Notes: generated by a model not told the origin, from the letters alone. Shown: positions 1 to 9,637, numbered from the stretch's first letter. The stretch is 13,284 bases of DNA from Candidatus Nanohalarchaeota archaeon (GCA_017610385.1 JAFCCC010000013.1:1-13284), one strand, 5' to 3'. Numbers and translations are program-made.

Positions 1-308
1 ACTATATGAAAATGTATGTGCGATACAGAAGGCCGCGCCCCCGTCCCAGAGGCATTTAGAATATTTACGCCAGAACAGTTTAATTTTTCACGAAGTTTTC
101 TTGCAGTCCGTTGTACAAACTTAAAATATTTCCCAATTAATTTCTCAGGCAAATCAAAGAAATTTTCATAATGTTCTTTTGGTATTACAATCGTATGACC
201 TTTGCCGTAAGGACTAACATCCAAAAAAGAAATAAATTCTTCATTTTCTAAAACTACCCACGATGGCAGTTCTCCATTAACAATTTTACAAAATATGCAA
301 TCCTTCAT
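1..308 (-). CDS. HIT (histidine triad) family hydrolase, HINT-like; 3' end runs off the window
   Basis: Not in the ORF track. Manual translation from ATG at 308: MKDCIFCKIVNGELPSWVVLENEEFISFLDVSPYGKGHTIVIPKEH...NASGTGARPSVSHIHFHIV. Shows N-terminal CIFC, GHTxVIPKxH and the HxHxH triad. Confidence 0.95.
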   Translation of the reverse strand, partial: MKDCIFCKIVNGELPSWVVLENEEFISFLDVSPYGKGHTIVIPKEHYENFFDLPEKLIGKYFKFVQRTARKLREKLNCSGVNILNASGTGARPSVSHIHFHI

Positions 309-329
309 CTTAAAACCCAAAGCAATTAG

Positions 330-354
330 AAAAATAAAAAAGAAAAAAAGAAAA
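330..354 (-). terminator. Oligo-T terminator downstream of the histone gene
   Basis: Minus strand reads TTTTCTTTTTTTCTTTTTTATTTTT starting about 9 nt after the histone stop, typical of archaeal poly-U termination. Confidence 0.7.
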
Positions 355-362
355 GTACGCTC

Positions 363-560
363 TTATCGAGCCGCCTTTACATCTTCTTTCTTAACTGTTT
401 TTCTGCCCGCATGTCGTGCGTATGCCCTTGCAGATGCAGCTAGATCCTCTGCGAATTCTTCAATTGCATCTCTTAAAGACTCAACAGCATCTTCAGAAAC
501 TCTTTCAGCTCCAGACAATTTAATAATTCTTTTTACTGGTGCTAGTGGTAATTCAGCCAT
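363..560 (-). CDS. Archaeal histone (HMf/HTk family, single histone fold)
   Basis: 65 aa with ELPLAPVKRIIK, GAERVSEDA and HAGRKTVKKEDV, the canonical archaeal histone motifs. No tail. Confidence 0.97.
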   Translation of the reverse strand: MAELPLAPVKRIIKLSGAERVSEDAVESLRDAIEEFAEDLAASARAYARHAGRKTVKKEDVKAAR

Positions 561-565
561 GTATA

Positions 566-631
566 TTCACCCCCGTTTACCTTTGTTTTATTTAATAACA
601 TATTACACACGCTTATTTATAAAGATTACGC
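566..631 (-). promoter_or_regulatory. Histone promoter and RBS
   Basis: Minus-strand SD GGGGGTGA at 574-567, TATA box TTTATAAA at 623-616, BRE-like GCGTAATC just upstream. Confidence 0.7.
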
Positions 632-767
632 CGTTTTTGTCCATTCTACGCAAAGTGTAACGCTAATACCCATTGCAAATGATAATCAAAACCCAAAAAA
701 TGGACTGACCAAAATCGTCGCACAAAGAACTCGTTACTCATCTAAAGTAACAATATTCTTTAGCCAG

Positions 768-791
768 AGTTATTGGTGTATAACAATAACT
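768..791. promoter_or_regulatory. Inverted repeat upstream of polB (candidate regulator site)
   Basis: AGTTATTG-N8-CAATAACT, perfect 8-bp arms, ending 33 nt before the polB ATG. Confidence 0.35.
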
Positions 792-824
792 AATTAAGTT
801 TTCATATCCCATTTTAAAGAGAAC

Positions 825-3218
825 ATGAAACTACAAGCACAACTTTTAGATATCACTTATAAAATTATAGAAAACACAGCAATTATTTACTTATACTGTT
901 TAAGTGATCGCGGGAAGAACATTATCGCAAAAGTTGATTCTTTCAAACCTTATTTTTATGTTATTCCTCAAGAAAAAGAATCAGATTTGTTAGATCGTTT
1001 AAAAGCGTTTAAAGTTATTCGAGATGAGAAAACGATTAAAATAACTAAAGTAGAAGAAATCAGAAGAGATAATCAAAAAGTTTACAAGGTATTTACAAAT
1101 ATTCCAAGCAATATCCCAATTTTAAAAGACGAAGTTAAAATCTGGCCAGAAGTTAAGGGCAAAAGAGAATTTGATATAGCCTTTACGCGCAGATATCTTA
1201 TTGATAATGATATTGAACCATTATCTTGGATTCAGATTATTGGAATTGAAGAAGAAACAACTTGCAATGAAGATATTTTCCTCCACGTGAAAGAAATCAC
1301 GAAAGTAAAATCCAAAGATGAATTATCATTTAATATGCTTGCCTTTGATCTTGAAGTTTTAGATGAAAAGATAATTATGGCCAGTTTTTATTCCAAAGAT
1401 TTTAGAAAAGTGTTGTGTATTAAAGACTTTCCTACAAAACAAAAATATGTTAAGGTTGTCAATAACGAAAAAGAACTTTTGGAAAAATTAGTTGAAATCA
1501 TTGTTTCTAGAAAAGTCAATGTTTTATTGGGGTATAACACAGACAGATTTGATTTTGAAATAATTAAAGAAAGAGCAGAAAAACTCGGTGTTACATTAAA
1601 TTTAGGAGTAGATGGAAGCAAATTATTTTTTGTTAAGCGAGGACTATCTCATTCGGCCAGAATAAACGGCCGTATCAACATTGATCTTTATGCCTTTGTT
1701 GAGAATTTAATCCAACAAGAATTAAAAGCAGAAACACTTTCGCTTAATAGTGTAGCAAATGAACTTATAGGAGAAAAAAAATACGACATTGATTGGGATG
1801 AAATGGAATCTTCTTGGAAAAAAGAACAAAATTTGGCGACTCTTTCCAAATACTGTTTAAAAGATTCTGAGTTGACATATAAGTTAGGTGAAAAATTAGT
1901 TCCAGTTGTTTTTTCTCTATCTGTTCTAATTGGACAGATTCCCTTTGAAGTTAGCAGAGAAAGATATAGTCAAGTTGTTGAACAGATTTTAATCAAACAT
2001 TCACATATTAAAAAGACTTTAATTCCTAATCGTCCAAGCAAAGACGAAATATTAAAAAGAAGAGGAAATTCATACGCTGGCGCATTTGTATTAGAACCAA
2101 AAGGGGGAATTTACAAAAATCTGGCGATGTTAGACTATCGTTCTTTATACCCCAGCATCATTGTTTCTCATAATATATCTCCAGAAACACTAAATTGTGA
2201 TTGTTGTGAACCAAAAGACGAAATAATGGGAAATTACTTCTGCAAATTAAAAAAAGGATTTATCCCAGAAGTTCTAGAAAAAATAATGAAAGAACGATTC
2301 ACTTTGAAGAGCAAACTGAAAAAGTTAAAGAGTGGTTCTCAAGAATATCAAGACATGTACACTCGGCAGGTTGCTTTGAAATATGTTCTAAATGCAACTT
2401 ACGGATATTTAGCATATTCTGGAGCGAGATGGTATTGTAATGAATGTGCTAGCGCAATAACTGGCCTTGGGAGAAAATATATTACAGAAACCATTGAAGC
2501 TGCTAGAAAAACAGGTCTAAATGTGGTTTATTCTGATACGGATTCTGTTCTTCTTCAAGGAGAAAATATCCACGAACGCGCCCAAGACTTCTTAATTAAA
2601 ACGAATAAAAAACTTCCAAAATTTATGGAAATAGAAATAGAAGATTTTTATCAAAGTGGCGTTTTTACATCTACTTCGAAGGGTGTTGGCATAAAAAAGA
2701 GATACGCTTTGCTTAGTGAAAATGGAGAATTACGAATTAAGGGGTTAGAACGAGTGAGAAGAGATTGGTGCGCCTTAGCAAAAGATCTTCAAGAGCAGGT
2801 TATTAAATTAGTCTTAACTGATCAAAATGATGCTGCTGTAAAATTAGTTCAGGAAACTGTCGATGCCCTAAAGAAAAAAGAAATAGCACTTAAAAAATTA
2901 CAAATATACACCAAATTAAAGAAAACCATAGATAAATATGAAATAATGACACCTCATGTTCAAGCTGCAAAACGTGCAATAGAACGTGGACTTGAAATCA
3001 AAGTTGGCCAAACAATCCGTTATGTAATTACTGAAGGAGAAGGGAGAATTTCCGATAAAGCAGAAATTATAAAGTTTGCTACTAATTATGATTCAGAATA
3101 TTATATTGAAAATCAAATACTTCCCGCGGCTTTAAGAATATTAAGAGTATTAGGTTATAGTGAAGATGATTTTCTTATGAAAGGAAAACAAACCTCACTG
3201 AGTAAATTTGCAGGTTAA
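825..3218 (+). CDS. polB: Family B DNA polymerase (PolB3-like), with intact proofreading and polymerase motifs
   Basis: ExoI AFDLE, ExoII GYNTDRFD, ExoIII YCLKD. Polymerase motifs DYRSLYPSII, KYVLNATYGY, YSDTDS. C-terminal PIP box QTSLSKF. No intein or split. Confidence 0.97.
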   Translation: MKLQAQLLDITYKIIENTAIIYLYCLSDRGKNIIAKVDSFKPYFYVIPQEKESDLLDRLKAFKVIRDEKTIKITKVEEIRRDNQKVYKVFTNIPSNIPILKDEVKIWPEVKGKREFDIAFTRRYLIDNDIEPLSWIQIIGIEEETTCNEDIFLHVKEITKVKSKDELSFNMLAFDLEVLDEKIIMASFYSKDFRKVLCIKDFPTKQKYVKVVNNEKELLEKLVEIIVSRKVNVLLGYNTDRFDFEIIKERAEKLGVTLNLGVDGSKLFFVKRGLSHSARINGRINIDLYAFVENLIQQELKAETLSLNSVANELIGEKKYDIDWDEMESSWKKEQNLATLSKYCLKDSELTYKLGEKLVPVVFSLSVLIGQIPFEVSRERYSQVVEQILIKHSHIKKTLIPNRPSKDEILKRRGNSYAGAFVLEPKGGIYKNLAMLDYRSLYPSIIVSHNISPETLNCDCCEPKDEIMGNYFCKLKKGFIPEVLEKIMKERFTLKSKLKKLKSGSQEYQDMYTRQVALKYVLNATYGYLAYSGARWYCNECASAITGLGRKYITETIEAARKTGLNVVYSDTDSVLLQGENIHERAQDFLIKTNKKLPKFMEIEIEDFYQSGVFTSTSKGVGIKKRYALLSENGELRIKGLERVRRDWCALAKDLQEQVIKLVLTDQNDAAVKLVQETVDALKKKEIALKKLQIYTKLKKTIDKYEIMTPHVQAAKRAIERGLEIKVGQTIRYVITEGEGRISDKAEIIKFATNYDSEYYIENQILPAALRILRVLGYSEDDFLMKGKQTSLSKFAG

Positions 3219-3220
3219 AA

Positions 3221-4105
3221 ATGAATGAAGAAATAATTGAAAAATACATTTTAGCAGGAAAAATCGCATCTGATGTTAAAAAAGAAGCGAAGAAAATTGT
3301 TAAAGAAGGCGCTCACTTATTTGAAATTGCTGAAACTTTAGAAAATCTAATCTTTGAACGTGGCGGAAAATTAGCCTTCCCAATAAACCTGTCTATAAAT
3401 GAAATTGCGGCACATTATACCCCAATTAAATCAGAAACCATTGAAATCAAACCAGACGATGTACTTAAAGTAGATGTTGGCGTGCATATAGACGGATACA
3501 TCGCAGATACCGCTTTAACTATTAATCCAAACAAACAGCACGAAAAATTAATTTCTGCAGTAAATGAAGCAGTAGCAAACGCAATTAAGATTGCAAAAAT
3601 CGGAACTAGAATTGGAGATATTGGTTCCGCAATTCAAAAGGTAATAGACTTTTATGGATTTAAACCAGTTAGAAATCTAGGGGGGCACTTTTTAGAACAG
3701 TATCAGGCACACACAGGAGAATTCATTCCAAATATAAAATCAGATAATAATGTCAAACTAAAGGAAGGAGATGTTATTGCTATTGAACCGTTCGCAACAA
3801 CTGGGTCTGGATTAATCAAAGAAGGAAAATCCGGAAATATTTATATGTTCTCTGGAACTGCCGTGAGAAATAAGTTAGAAAGAGAGGTTCTAAAAAGAAT
3901 AATTAAGGAAAGTAGAACGTTGCCATTTACTCCCCGCTGGTTTAGAGATATTTCTGACGCACGAGTAAACTTAGCTATTTCACAATTATTAAAACACAGA
4001 GCCATTCAAGGATATCCCATTTTAAAAGAGGTAAATGATGGATTAGTTGCTCAAGCAGAACATACTATCTTAATTTTAGAAAAGCCAATTGTAACTAGTT
4101 TGTAA
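3221..4105 (+). CDS. map: Type II methionine aminopeptidase
   Basis: AAHYTP, KVDVGVHIDGYIADTA, NLGGH, AIEPF and QAEHT metal-ligand motifs, plus the type II insertion. Starts 2 nt after the polB stop. Confidence 0.96.
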   Translation: MNEEIIEKYILAGKIASDVKKEAKKIVKEGAHLFEIAETLENLIFERGGKLAFPINLSINEIAAHYTPIKSETIEIKPDDVLKVDVGVHIDGYIADTALTINPNKQHEKLISAVNEAVANAIKIAKIGTRIGDIGSAIQKVIDFYGFKPVRNLGGHFLEQYQAHTGEFIPNIKSDNNVKLKEGDVIAIEPFATTGSGLIKEGKSGNIYMFSGTAVRNKLEREVLKRIIKESRTLPFTPRWFRDISDARVNLAISQLLKHRAIQGYPILKEVNDGLVAQAEHTILILEKPIVTSL

Positions 4106-4107
4106 TT

Positions 4108-6378
4108 TCAAGCATAATAATCTATTTTCGGTTTATCTGGAATCTTCATTCTATTTGTCATTTGTTCAAATTGTTTAATTGCCTCATTTTCAGCAGAAGG
4201 ATTAATCGTCTTTAGGGCAGCTGCAAACTCTTTCTTACCAACTTTTTTTGAGTTAATATTTTTCCTTAATGCAATCATAGCAGCTTCTCTACAAATTGAT
4301 TCAATATCTGCACCAACATATTTTTCAGTTTTTTCTGCAAGATCATCCAAATTCACATCTTTATCTAGCGGCATGTTTTTCGTATGGACTTTAAATATCT
4401 CTAATCTTGCTTTTTTATCTGGCACCGGCACATAAACTAGATTATCAATTCTTCCAGGTCGCAATAATGCAGGATCCATAACATCTGGTCTATTTGTTGC
4501 TGCGATAATAGTTACCCCTTCCAAAGATTCTATTCCATCCATTTCCGCCAATAACTGATTTACAACTCGGTTTCCTACCCCCGAATCACTACTTGAACCC
4601 CTCCTTGGCGCAACAGAATCTATTTCATCAATAAATAAAATACAAGGAGCAACTTGCCTAGCTTTAGAAAATATCTTTCTAATCGCCTTTTCGCTCTCTC
4701 CAACCCATTTTGAGAAGACAGAAGGCCCTTTAATTGTAATAAAGTTTGCTTCTGATTCTGTAGCAACTGCTTTGGCCAATAATGTTTTGCCAGTTCCTGG
4801 CATACCATACAATAAAATCCCCTTTGGCGCGGCAATTCCAAGTTTTTTAAATGAATCTGGATGTGTTAATGGCCACTCAATCATTTCTTTCAATTTAGCT
4901 TTAACATTTTCTAAGCCACCCACCTGCGTCCACTTAGTATTTGGAATTTGTACTAATACTTCTCTCATCGCAGATGGTTCAACTAACCTCATACCATGTT
5001 TCATGTCTGCCATATTAACAATTAATTTTTCTAGAATCTCTGGAGATACATCTTCTTTCTCTGTATTGATTTCCGGAAGAACTCTTCTCAATGTTGTCAT
5101 AGCCGCTTCCTTGCATAATGCTCCAAGATCTGCGCCTACATATCCATGGGTTTTACTCGCTATTTCATCTAAATCAACATCTTTTGCCAAAGGCATATTT
5201 CTAGTATGAATTTGTAAAATCTCTTTTCGCCCGTTTTTATTAGGTACACCAATTTCAATTTCTCTGTCAAATCGCCCAGGTCTTCTCAATGCTTCATCAA
5301 TATCATCTTTTCTATTTGTTGCTGCGATAACAACAACATTTTGTCTTGCATTTAAACCATCCATTAAACTTAATAACTGAGCAACAACCCTTCTTTCTAC
5401 TTCTCCTCTCGTTTCCGCTCTTTTTGGAGCAATAGAATCTATTTCATCAATAAATATGATTGCCGGAGAATTTTCCTGAGATTCCTTAAAGATTTCTCTC
5501 AGCTTCTTTTCAGATTCCCCATAATATTTACTCATAATTTCCGGACCATTAATCGAAGTAAAAAAAGCATCTGCTTCATTCGCTACCGCCTTAGCCAATA
5601 ATGTTTTGCCAGTTCCTGGTGGGCCATACAATAAAACACCTGACGGCGGTTTTATACCCAACCGTTTAAATACTTCTGGTCTTTTTAATGGAAGTTCAAT
5701 CATTTCCCGAACTTTCTGAATTTCATTTTCCAAACCACCAATGTCCTCATATGTCACATCTGGAACCGCCGGCATAGAGTCCTCAATTCTTTCTACTGCC
5801 TGCGGTTTAATTTCAATCTGAGTTTGTTCAGTAATACTGACCATTGTTTTTGGAGTAGTAGATGTAACCATCAATTTAATTTCTTCAAAACCTAAATTGA
5901 AATTCATCTCAAAATTTCGAAAAACATCATCAAAAATAGAGTTCGCACGCTCTTTTTTAGCAGATGGAACTACTATATCTCCCTGAATAACTGCTCTCCC
6001 AATCAATGCTCTTTTCAACATTGCTGGATTAGAAATTTGAATAAAAATTCCTGCTTCTGCAGGCGCCAAAACTATTTTTTTAGCTTCTTTAACCTCTGCC
6101 GGTGTCACATCTACCTTTTCGCCTAAAGAAGTTCCAGCATTTTTTCTTAAATATCCATCCATCCGTATAATTCCCAATCCTGCATCTTGTGGATAAGAGC
6201 GAGCAGCCCTAGCAACTGTTTTTCGAGATCCACCAATTTCAATAGCTTGACCTTCTCTAATACCTAATTTTTGCATAACTTGAGAGTCAATTCTAACCAA
6301 TCCGGAACCAATGTCTTCTTGGGCGTATGGAGGAATCTCTCCAACCCGTAACTTAATTACCTTTTTTTTATCTACCAT
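4108..6378 (-). CDS. cdc48: CDC48/VCP (VAT) family AAA+ ATPase
   Basis: N domain plus two AAA modules ([22 protein letters not shown] and [22 protein letters not shown]). C-terminus YYA fits the HbYX proteasome-docking motif. Confidence 0.97.
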   Translation of the reverse strand: MVDKKKVIKLRVGEIPPYAQEDIGSGLVRIDSQVMQKLGIREGQAIEIGGSRKTVARAARSYPQDAGLGIIRMDGYLRKNAGTSLGEKVDVTPAEVKEAKKIVLAPAEAGIFIQISNPAMLKRALIGRAVIQGDIVVPSAKKERANSIFDDVFRNFEMNFNLGFEEIKLMVTSTTPKTMVSITEQTQIEIKPQAVERIEDSMPAVPDVTYEDIGGLENEIQKVREMIELPLKRPEVFKRLGIKPPSGVLLYGPPGTGKTLLAKAVANEADAFFTSINGPEIMSKYYGESEKKLREIFKESQENSPAIIFIDEIDSIAPKRAETRGEVERRVVAQLLSLMDGLNARQNVVVIAATNRKDDIDEALRRPGRFDREIEIGVPNKNGRKEILQIHTRNMPLAKDVDLDEIASKTHGYVGADLGALCKEAAMTTLRRVLPEINTEKEDVSPEILEKLIVNMADMKHGMRLVEPSAMREVLVQIPNTKWTQVGGLENVKAKLKEMIEWPLTHPDSFKKLGIAAPKGILLYGMPGTGKTLLAKAVATESEANFITIKGPSVFSKWVGESEKAIRKIFSKARQVAPCILFIDEIDSVAPRRGSSSDSGVGNRVVNQLLAEMDGIESLEGVTIIAATNRPDVMDPALLRPGRIDNLVYVPVPDKKARLEIFKVHTKNMPLDKDVNLDDLAEKTEKYVGADIESICREAAMIALRKNINSKKVGKKEFAAALKTINPSAENEAIKQFEQMTNRMKIPDKPKIDYYA

Positions 6379-6380
6379 TT

Positions 6381-6704
6381 TTACTCAACATTAATTTCTT
6401 TCCAGCGCTTATCTCCTAATAAGACTCTGAAAGTATTAAATTGTACTTTATTTCCCCATTCATTAAGATACTGTTCCATTTCTCTAATATATTTTTCTGC
6501 AATAATAAACACAGAGTCTTCAACTTTAATATGAGGAATTCTATCAAACAAACCCTCTGTTCGATAATCATATGTTTTATTTTTCTTTTTTACAGTTTGA
6601 TTAAAACCAAACAAACCCCTATAAAATTTATTTCTTTCATAAAGTGATTCAAATCTATTTGTTTTTGTATCATACGCTATTAAAATCGCAACCCTATCCA
6701 CCAT
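6381..6704 (-). CDS. Hypothetical protein, probable Cas2/VapD-like ferredoxin fold
   Basis: 107 aa, ends 2 nt before cdc48, TATA box just upstream. ILIAYD near the N-terminus and KVEDSVFII resemble Cas2/VapD 'hhhYD' and 'QxSVF' motifs. The CDS is likely real; the fold call is tentative. Confidence 0.7.
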   Translation of the reverse strand: MVDRVAILIAYDTKTNRFESLYERNKFYRGLFGFNQTVKKKNKTYDYRTEGLFDRIPHIKVEDSVFIIAEKYIREMEQYLNEWGNKVQFNTFRVLLGDKRWKEINVE

Positions 6705-6706
6705 AT

Positions 6707-6759
6707 TTTTGTTTAAGTAAACAAAACTATATAAACCTTATGGTTTAAGTAAACAAAAC
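6707..6759 (-). promoter_or_regulatory. Promoter of the hypothetical-cdc48 operon with twin palindromic operators
   Basis: TTTATATA on the minus strand (6735-6728) lies between two exact copies of GTTTAAGTAAACAAAAC (6711-6727 and 6743-6759), each containing GTTTA-AG-TAAAC. Confidence 0.75.
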
Positions 6760-6799
6760 AGTGTTTAGCCATTTAATTCTTTGTACCTATATATAAATT

Positions 6800-7504
6800 A
6801 TGAAAATAGAACGCCTTTCTTTGGGATGCAAAAGTTTAGATGATTTATTAGGTGGCGGTTTAGAATACGGAGTTATCACGAATTTTTATGGAGAAGCTGG
6901 TTCAGGTAAGAGTAATTTAGCTTTAATCGCGACCAAGAATGTAGTAGCCGCTGGAAAGAAAGTAATTTTTATTGATACAGAAGGATCATATTCTATTGAA
7001 AGAATTAACCAAATTTCAAAAGCCCCTGAAAAAGTTAACTCAAATACCACCCTACTAGAACCAATGAATTTTAACGAGCAGCACAAAATGATTCTAGAAT
7101 TAAGCAAAAAAATTAGCAAAGAAATAGGATTAGTTGTTCTAGATTCACTAGTGGCTTTATATCGTATTGCAATGGGGCCTGATACTTTCGAAGATACTAA
7201 TAGAAAACTAGCCGCACAATTACTTGAACTTTCCAAGATCGCTCGAGAAAATAAAATCCCAGTTTTAGTTACAACACAAGTCTATTCTGATTTTAATGGA
7301 ACTACAGGAGATGTTGTTTTGGTTTCAAAAGACATAGCAAAATACTGGTCGAAATGTCTAGTCAAATTAGAAAAAGGCCCAAAAAATTTAAGAAAAGCAC
7401 AATTAACAAGACATCGCTCAAGGCCAGAAGGATTAGAAACAAATTTCTTTATTGTCGAAACAGGAGTAGAATCAAGAGAATCTGAACATGATAGACTATT
7501 TTGA
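6800..7504 (+). CDS. radB: DNA repair and recombination protein RadB
   Basis: RecA-fold core without the RadA N-terminal domain: LDDLLGGG, Walker A GEAGSGKS, FIDTEG, Walker B VVLDS, and RHR matching the RadB basic KHR triplet. Confidence 0.92.
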   Translation: MKIERLSLGCKSLDDLLGGGLEYGVITNFYGEAGSGKSNLALIATKNVVAAGKKVIFIDTEGSYSIERINQISKAPEKVNSNTTLLEPMNFNEQHKMILELSKKISKEIGLVVLDSLVALYRIAMGPDTFEDTNRKLAAQLLELSKIARENKIPVLVTTQVYSDFNGTTGDVVLVSKDIAKYWSKCLVKLEKGPKNLRKAQLTRHRSRPEGLETNFFIVETGVESRESEHDRLF

Positions 7505-9526
7505 TTTTTTCTTTCCGGGACAGGCAGGATTAATACATAACATCCAAGGTCTTCTTCCTTTTGTAATTACCTTAACTATTGGATGATTGCACACCTTACA
7601 CTTTTGATTTGTTGTTCTAATTAATCCTTTTTGAGGTAATGGAAAAGAGGTTCTACACCCATTTGCAAAATTACTACAACCCACAAAACGTTTGCCACTT
7701 GATTTAGAAACAATAATTCTTAATGGTTTTCCACAGTTTGGACATACTCCCACCTCATTTTCTTTTCTACTTGTTTCATTAATTGACTTAATTAATTCCG
7801 CTCCAATTTCCTTTTCATCTTTCTTGAATCTTTCCAGCATTTTTGTTAATTCTTTTTTAGCAGAAGCAATAACCTCATCTAAACTTTTCTTATTTTGACG
7901 AACAGCTTCCATTTGATCTTCAAAATCTCTTGTTAATTCCTCAGAAACAATATCCGGACAATGTTTTTTTAATGTATCAGAAACACGCAAACCCAGTTCA
8001 GTGACTTTGATTTGGACGTCTTGAATATAATTTCTTTTATATAATGACTCAATGATTTCTGATCTAGTAGATTTTGTCCCAATCTCCTTGGATTCTAATT
8101 CAGATATTAATGAAGCGGCGGAAAATCTGTTAGGAGGCAGAGTTTGTTTTTTCAACAGCGATAATTTTCCATTCGTTAGTTTTTGACCTTCTTTTAATTC
8201 TGGAAATTCTGTTTCTTTTAATAAAACATATGGAGCATATATTCTAAACCAATGTTCTTCCAAAGTTCTATATCCCACGGCAATAAATTCATAATCTTTG
8301 ATTTTTACAGTAATTTGCATTTTCTCTCTAATTGCTGCGGTACCAAAGGTAGCCATAAATCTCTTTACAATTAAATCAAATACTTTGAAATCTTGAACTC
8401 CTAATTTATAATTAAATTCACCAGTAGGATAAATTGCCGGATGTGCAGAATCTTTCTTCCTTCCATTCCTTGGATTTAAAGAAGTTTTACTTAATAAAAA
8501 ATTAGCAGATTCTGCATATTTTTCATTTTTATTAATTTTTTCCAATATTGAACGATAGCCAATAGATGGCGGCAATTGTTCTGAAGATGTTCTTGGATAG
8601 GAAATCAATCCAGAAGAATAAAGTGTTTGTGCGCACTTCAATGTTTGTGACGGCGTAATTTTAAAACACCTATAAGCTTCTTTTTGTAGTTCCATTAGAT
8701 TAAATGGTGTTGGTGGTTGTACTTTGTAAGAATTTCTCTCAATTTTCGAAACAATAGCGTCGCTTTTCTGACAATCCGTTTTAATTTTTTTTGCTTTTTT
8801 CTCATCCCAAATTCGCTTTTCTTTATAACCCGCATCTACTTCTTTACATTTTAAAAGCAATTGCCAATATGGAACTGGCTTAAAATCTTGAATTTCTTTT
8901 TCTCGATCCGCCAAAATTCTCAGAGCAGGTCCTTGAACTCGTCCCACACTTAAAATCCTGTATCTTCCTTGACTTTTTACTGCGAGCATTAGTGCTCTAG
9001 ATGTATTAATGCCCCAATACCAGTCAAGAGTATGTCTTAAAAGGCCAGCATTTACTTGTCCTTGATCTAAATGAGGTTTTAGGTTTTTATAGGCGTTCCG
9101 AAGCTCATGGAATGTTAAAGTGGAGAATTTCATTCTTTTGGCGTTTTTTGTCCCACAAATAAACCTTAAAATATTATATCCAATAACCGCGCCCTCTAAA
9201 TCAAAATCAGTTGCCACAATAAAATTGTCACATGTTTTAGCAACTTCTTTCAGATTGTCGTGATATTTTTTAGTAAAGGCCGCTCCTTTTTGTATAAATG
9301 TACCACTCCACTCCACATCAAAAACAGGATAACTCCAGCCCTTGCTTTTTTGCGTTAGACCAAATAAATGACCAACTGCAGGAGCAACAACAACATCATT
9401 TCCATCAATCTTACATTCAAACCAATAGGCGCCTCTTTTAGTTTTTTTAATTTGGGTTCCCCCACTTATTGCATATGCAACTCTTTGCGCAGCATTAGGC
9501 TTTTCACAAATGACTAAAGTTCTCAT
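7496..9526 (-). CDS. topA: Type IA DNA topoisomerase (archaeal TopA/Topo III)
   Basis: TOPRIM EKP, GHL and ATDFDLEG; SVGRVQ; catalytic ISYPRT; AHPAIYPT; C-terminal Cys zinc ribbons. 3' end overlaps radB by 9 nt. Confidence 0.96.
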   Translation of the reverse strand: MRTLVICEKPNAAQRVAYAISGGTQIKKTKRGAYWFECKIDGNDVVVAPAVGHLFGLTQKSKGWSYPVFDVEWSGTFIQKGAAFTKKYHDNLKEVAKTCDNFIVATDFDLEGAVIGYNILRFICGTKNAKRMKFSTLTFHELRNAYKNLKPHLDQGQVNAGLLRHTLDWYWGINTSRALMLAVKSQGRYRILSVGRVQGPALRILADREKEIQDFKPVPYWQLLLKCKEVDAGYKEKRIWDEKKAKKIKTDCQKSDAIVSKIERNSYKVQPPTPFNLMELQKEAYRCFKITPSQTLKCAQTLYSSGLISYPRTSSEQLPPSIGYRSILEKINKNEKYAESANFLLSKTSLNPRNGRKKDSAHPAIYPTGEFNYKLGVQDFKVFDLIVKRFMATFGTAAIREKMQITVKIKDYEFIAVGYRTLEEHWFRIYAPYVLLKETEFPELKEGQKLTNGKLSLLKKQTLPPNRFSAASLISELESKEIGTKSTRSEIIESLYKRNYIQDVQIKVTELGLRVSDTLKKHCPDIVSEELTRDFEDQMEAVRQNKKSLDEVIASAKKELTKMLERFKKDEKEIGAELIKSINETSRKENEVGVCPNCGKPLRIIVSKSSGKRFVGCSNFANGCRTSFPLPQKGLIRTTNQKCKVCNHPIVKVITKGRRPWMLCINPACPGKKKSK

Positions 9527-9539
9527 CTAATTTCATTTT

Positions 9540-9592
9540 CACATAAAAGCATATAAGAATATATCGAAACTCAAAAACACATAAAAGTATAT
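9540..9592. repeat. 15-bp direct repeat in the topA upstream region
   Basis: CACATAAAAGCATAT (9540-9554) and CACATAAAAGTATAT (9578-9592), 14/15 identical, 38-bp period. Confidence 0.6.
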
Positions 9593-9637
9593 TGAAAATT
9601 CTGTGTAGCTGTTGTATTCGTATTTTCTATAATTTTA

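Noticed and set aside
295-660. 121-aa plus-strand ORF with a poly-Lys stretch
   Set aside because: Antisense shadow of the histone gene; the Lys run is the complement of the T-rich terminator.
1388-1621. 77-aa minus-strand ORF
   Set aside because: Antisense to polB, with no recognisable motifs.
2190-2450. Cys clusters in PolB (CDCC..FC, WYCNEC) as a novel metal site
   Set aside because: Equivalent cysteines are well known in archaeal PolB enzymes.
4620-5209. ORFs 4620-4841 (-) and 4772-5209 (+)
   Set aside because: Alternate-frame and antisense shadows within cdc48.
4773-5620. Repeated GCCAATAATGTTTTGCCAGTTCCTGG and related segments
   Set aside because: These are the duplicated Walker A regions of the Cdc48 D1 and D2 domains, not a mobile repeat.
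6711-6759. Mini-CRISPR array next to a Cas2-like gene (repeats begin GTTT and end AAAC)
   Set aside because: Only two 17-bp repeats with a 15-bp spacer, far below CRISPR dimensions. The spacer is the TATA box, so operators explain it better.
6441-7898. ORFs 6441-6647, 6886-7236 and 7692-7898
   Set aside because: Antisense to the Cas2-like gene, radB and topA respectively, with shadow-like composition.
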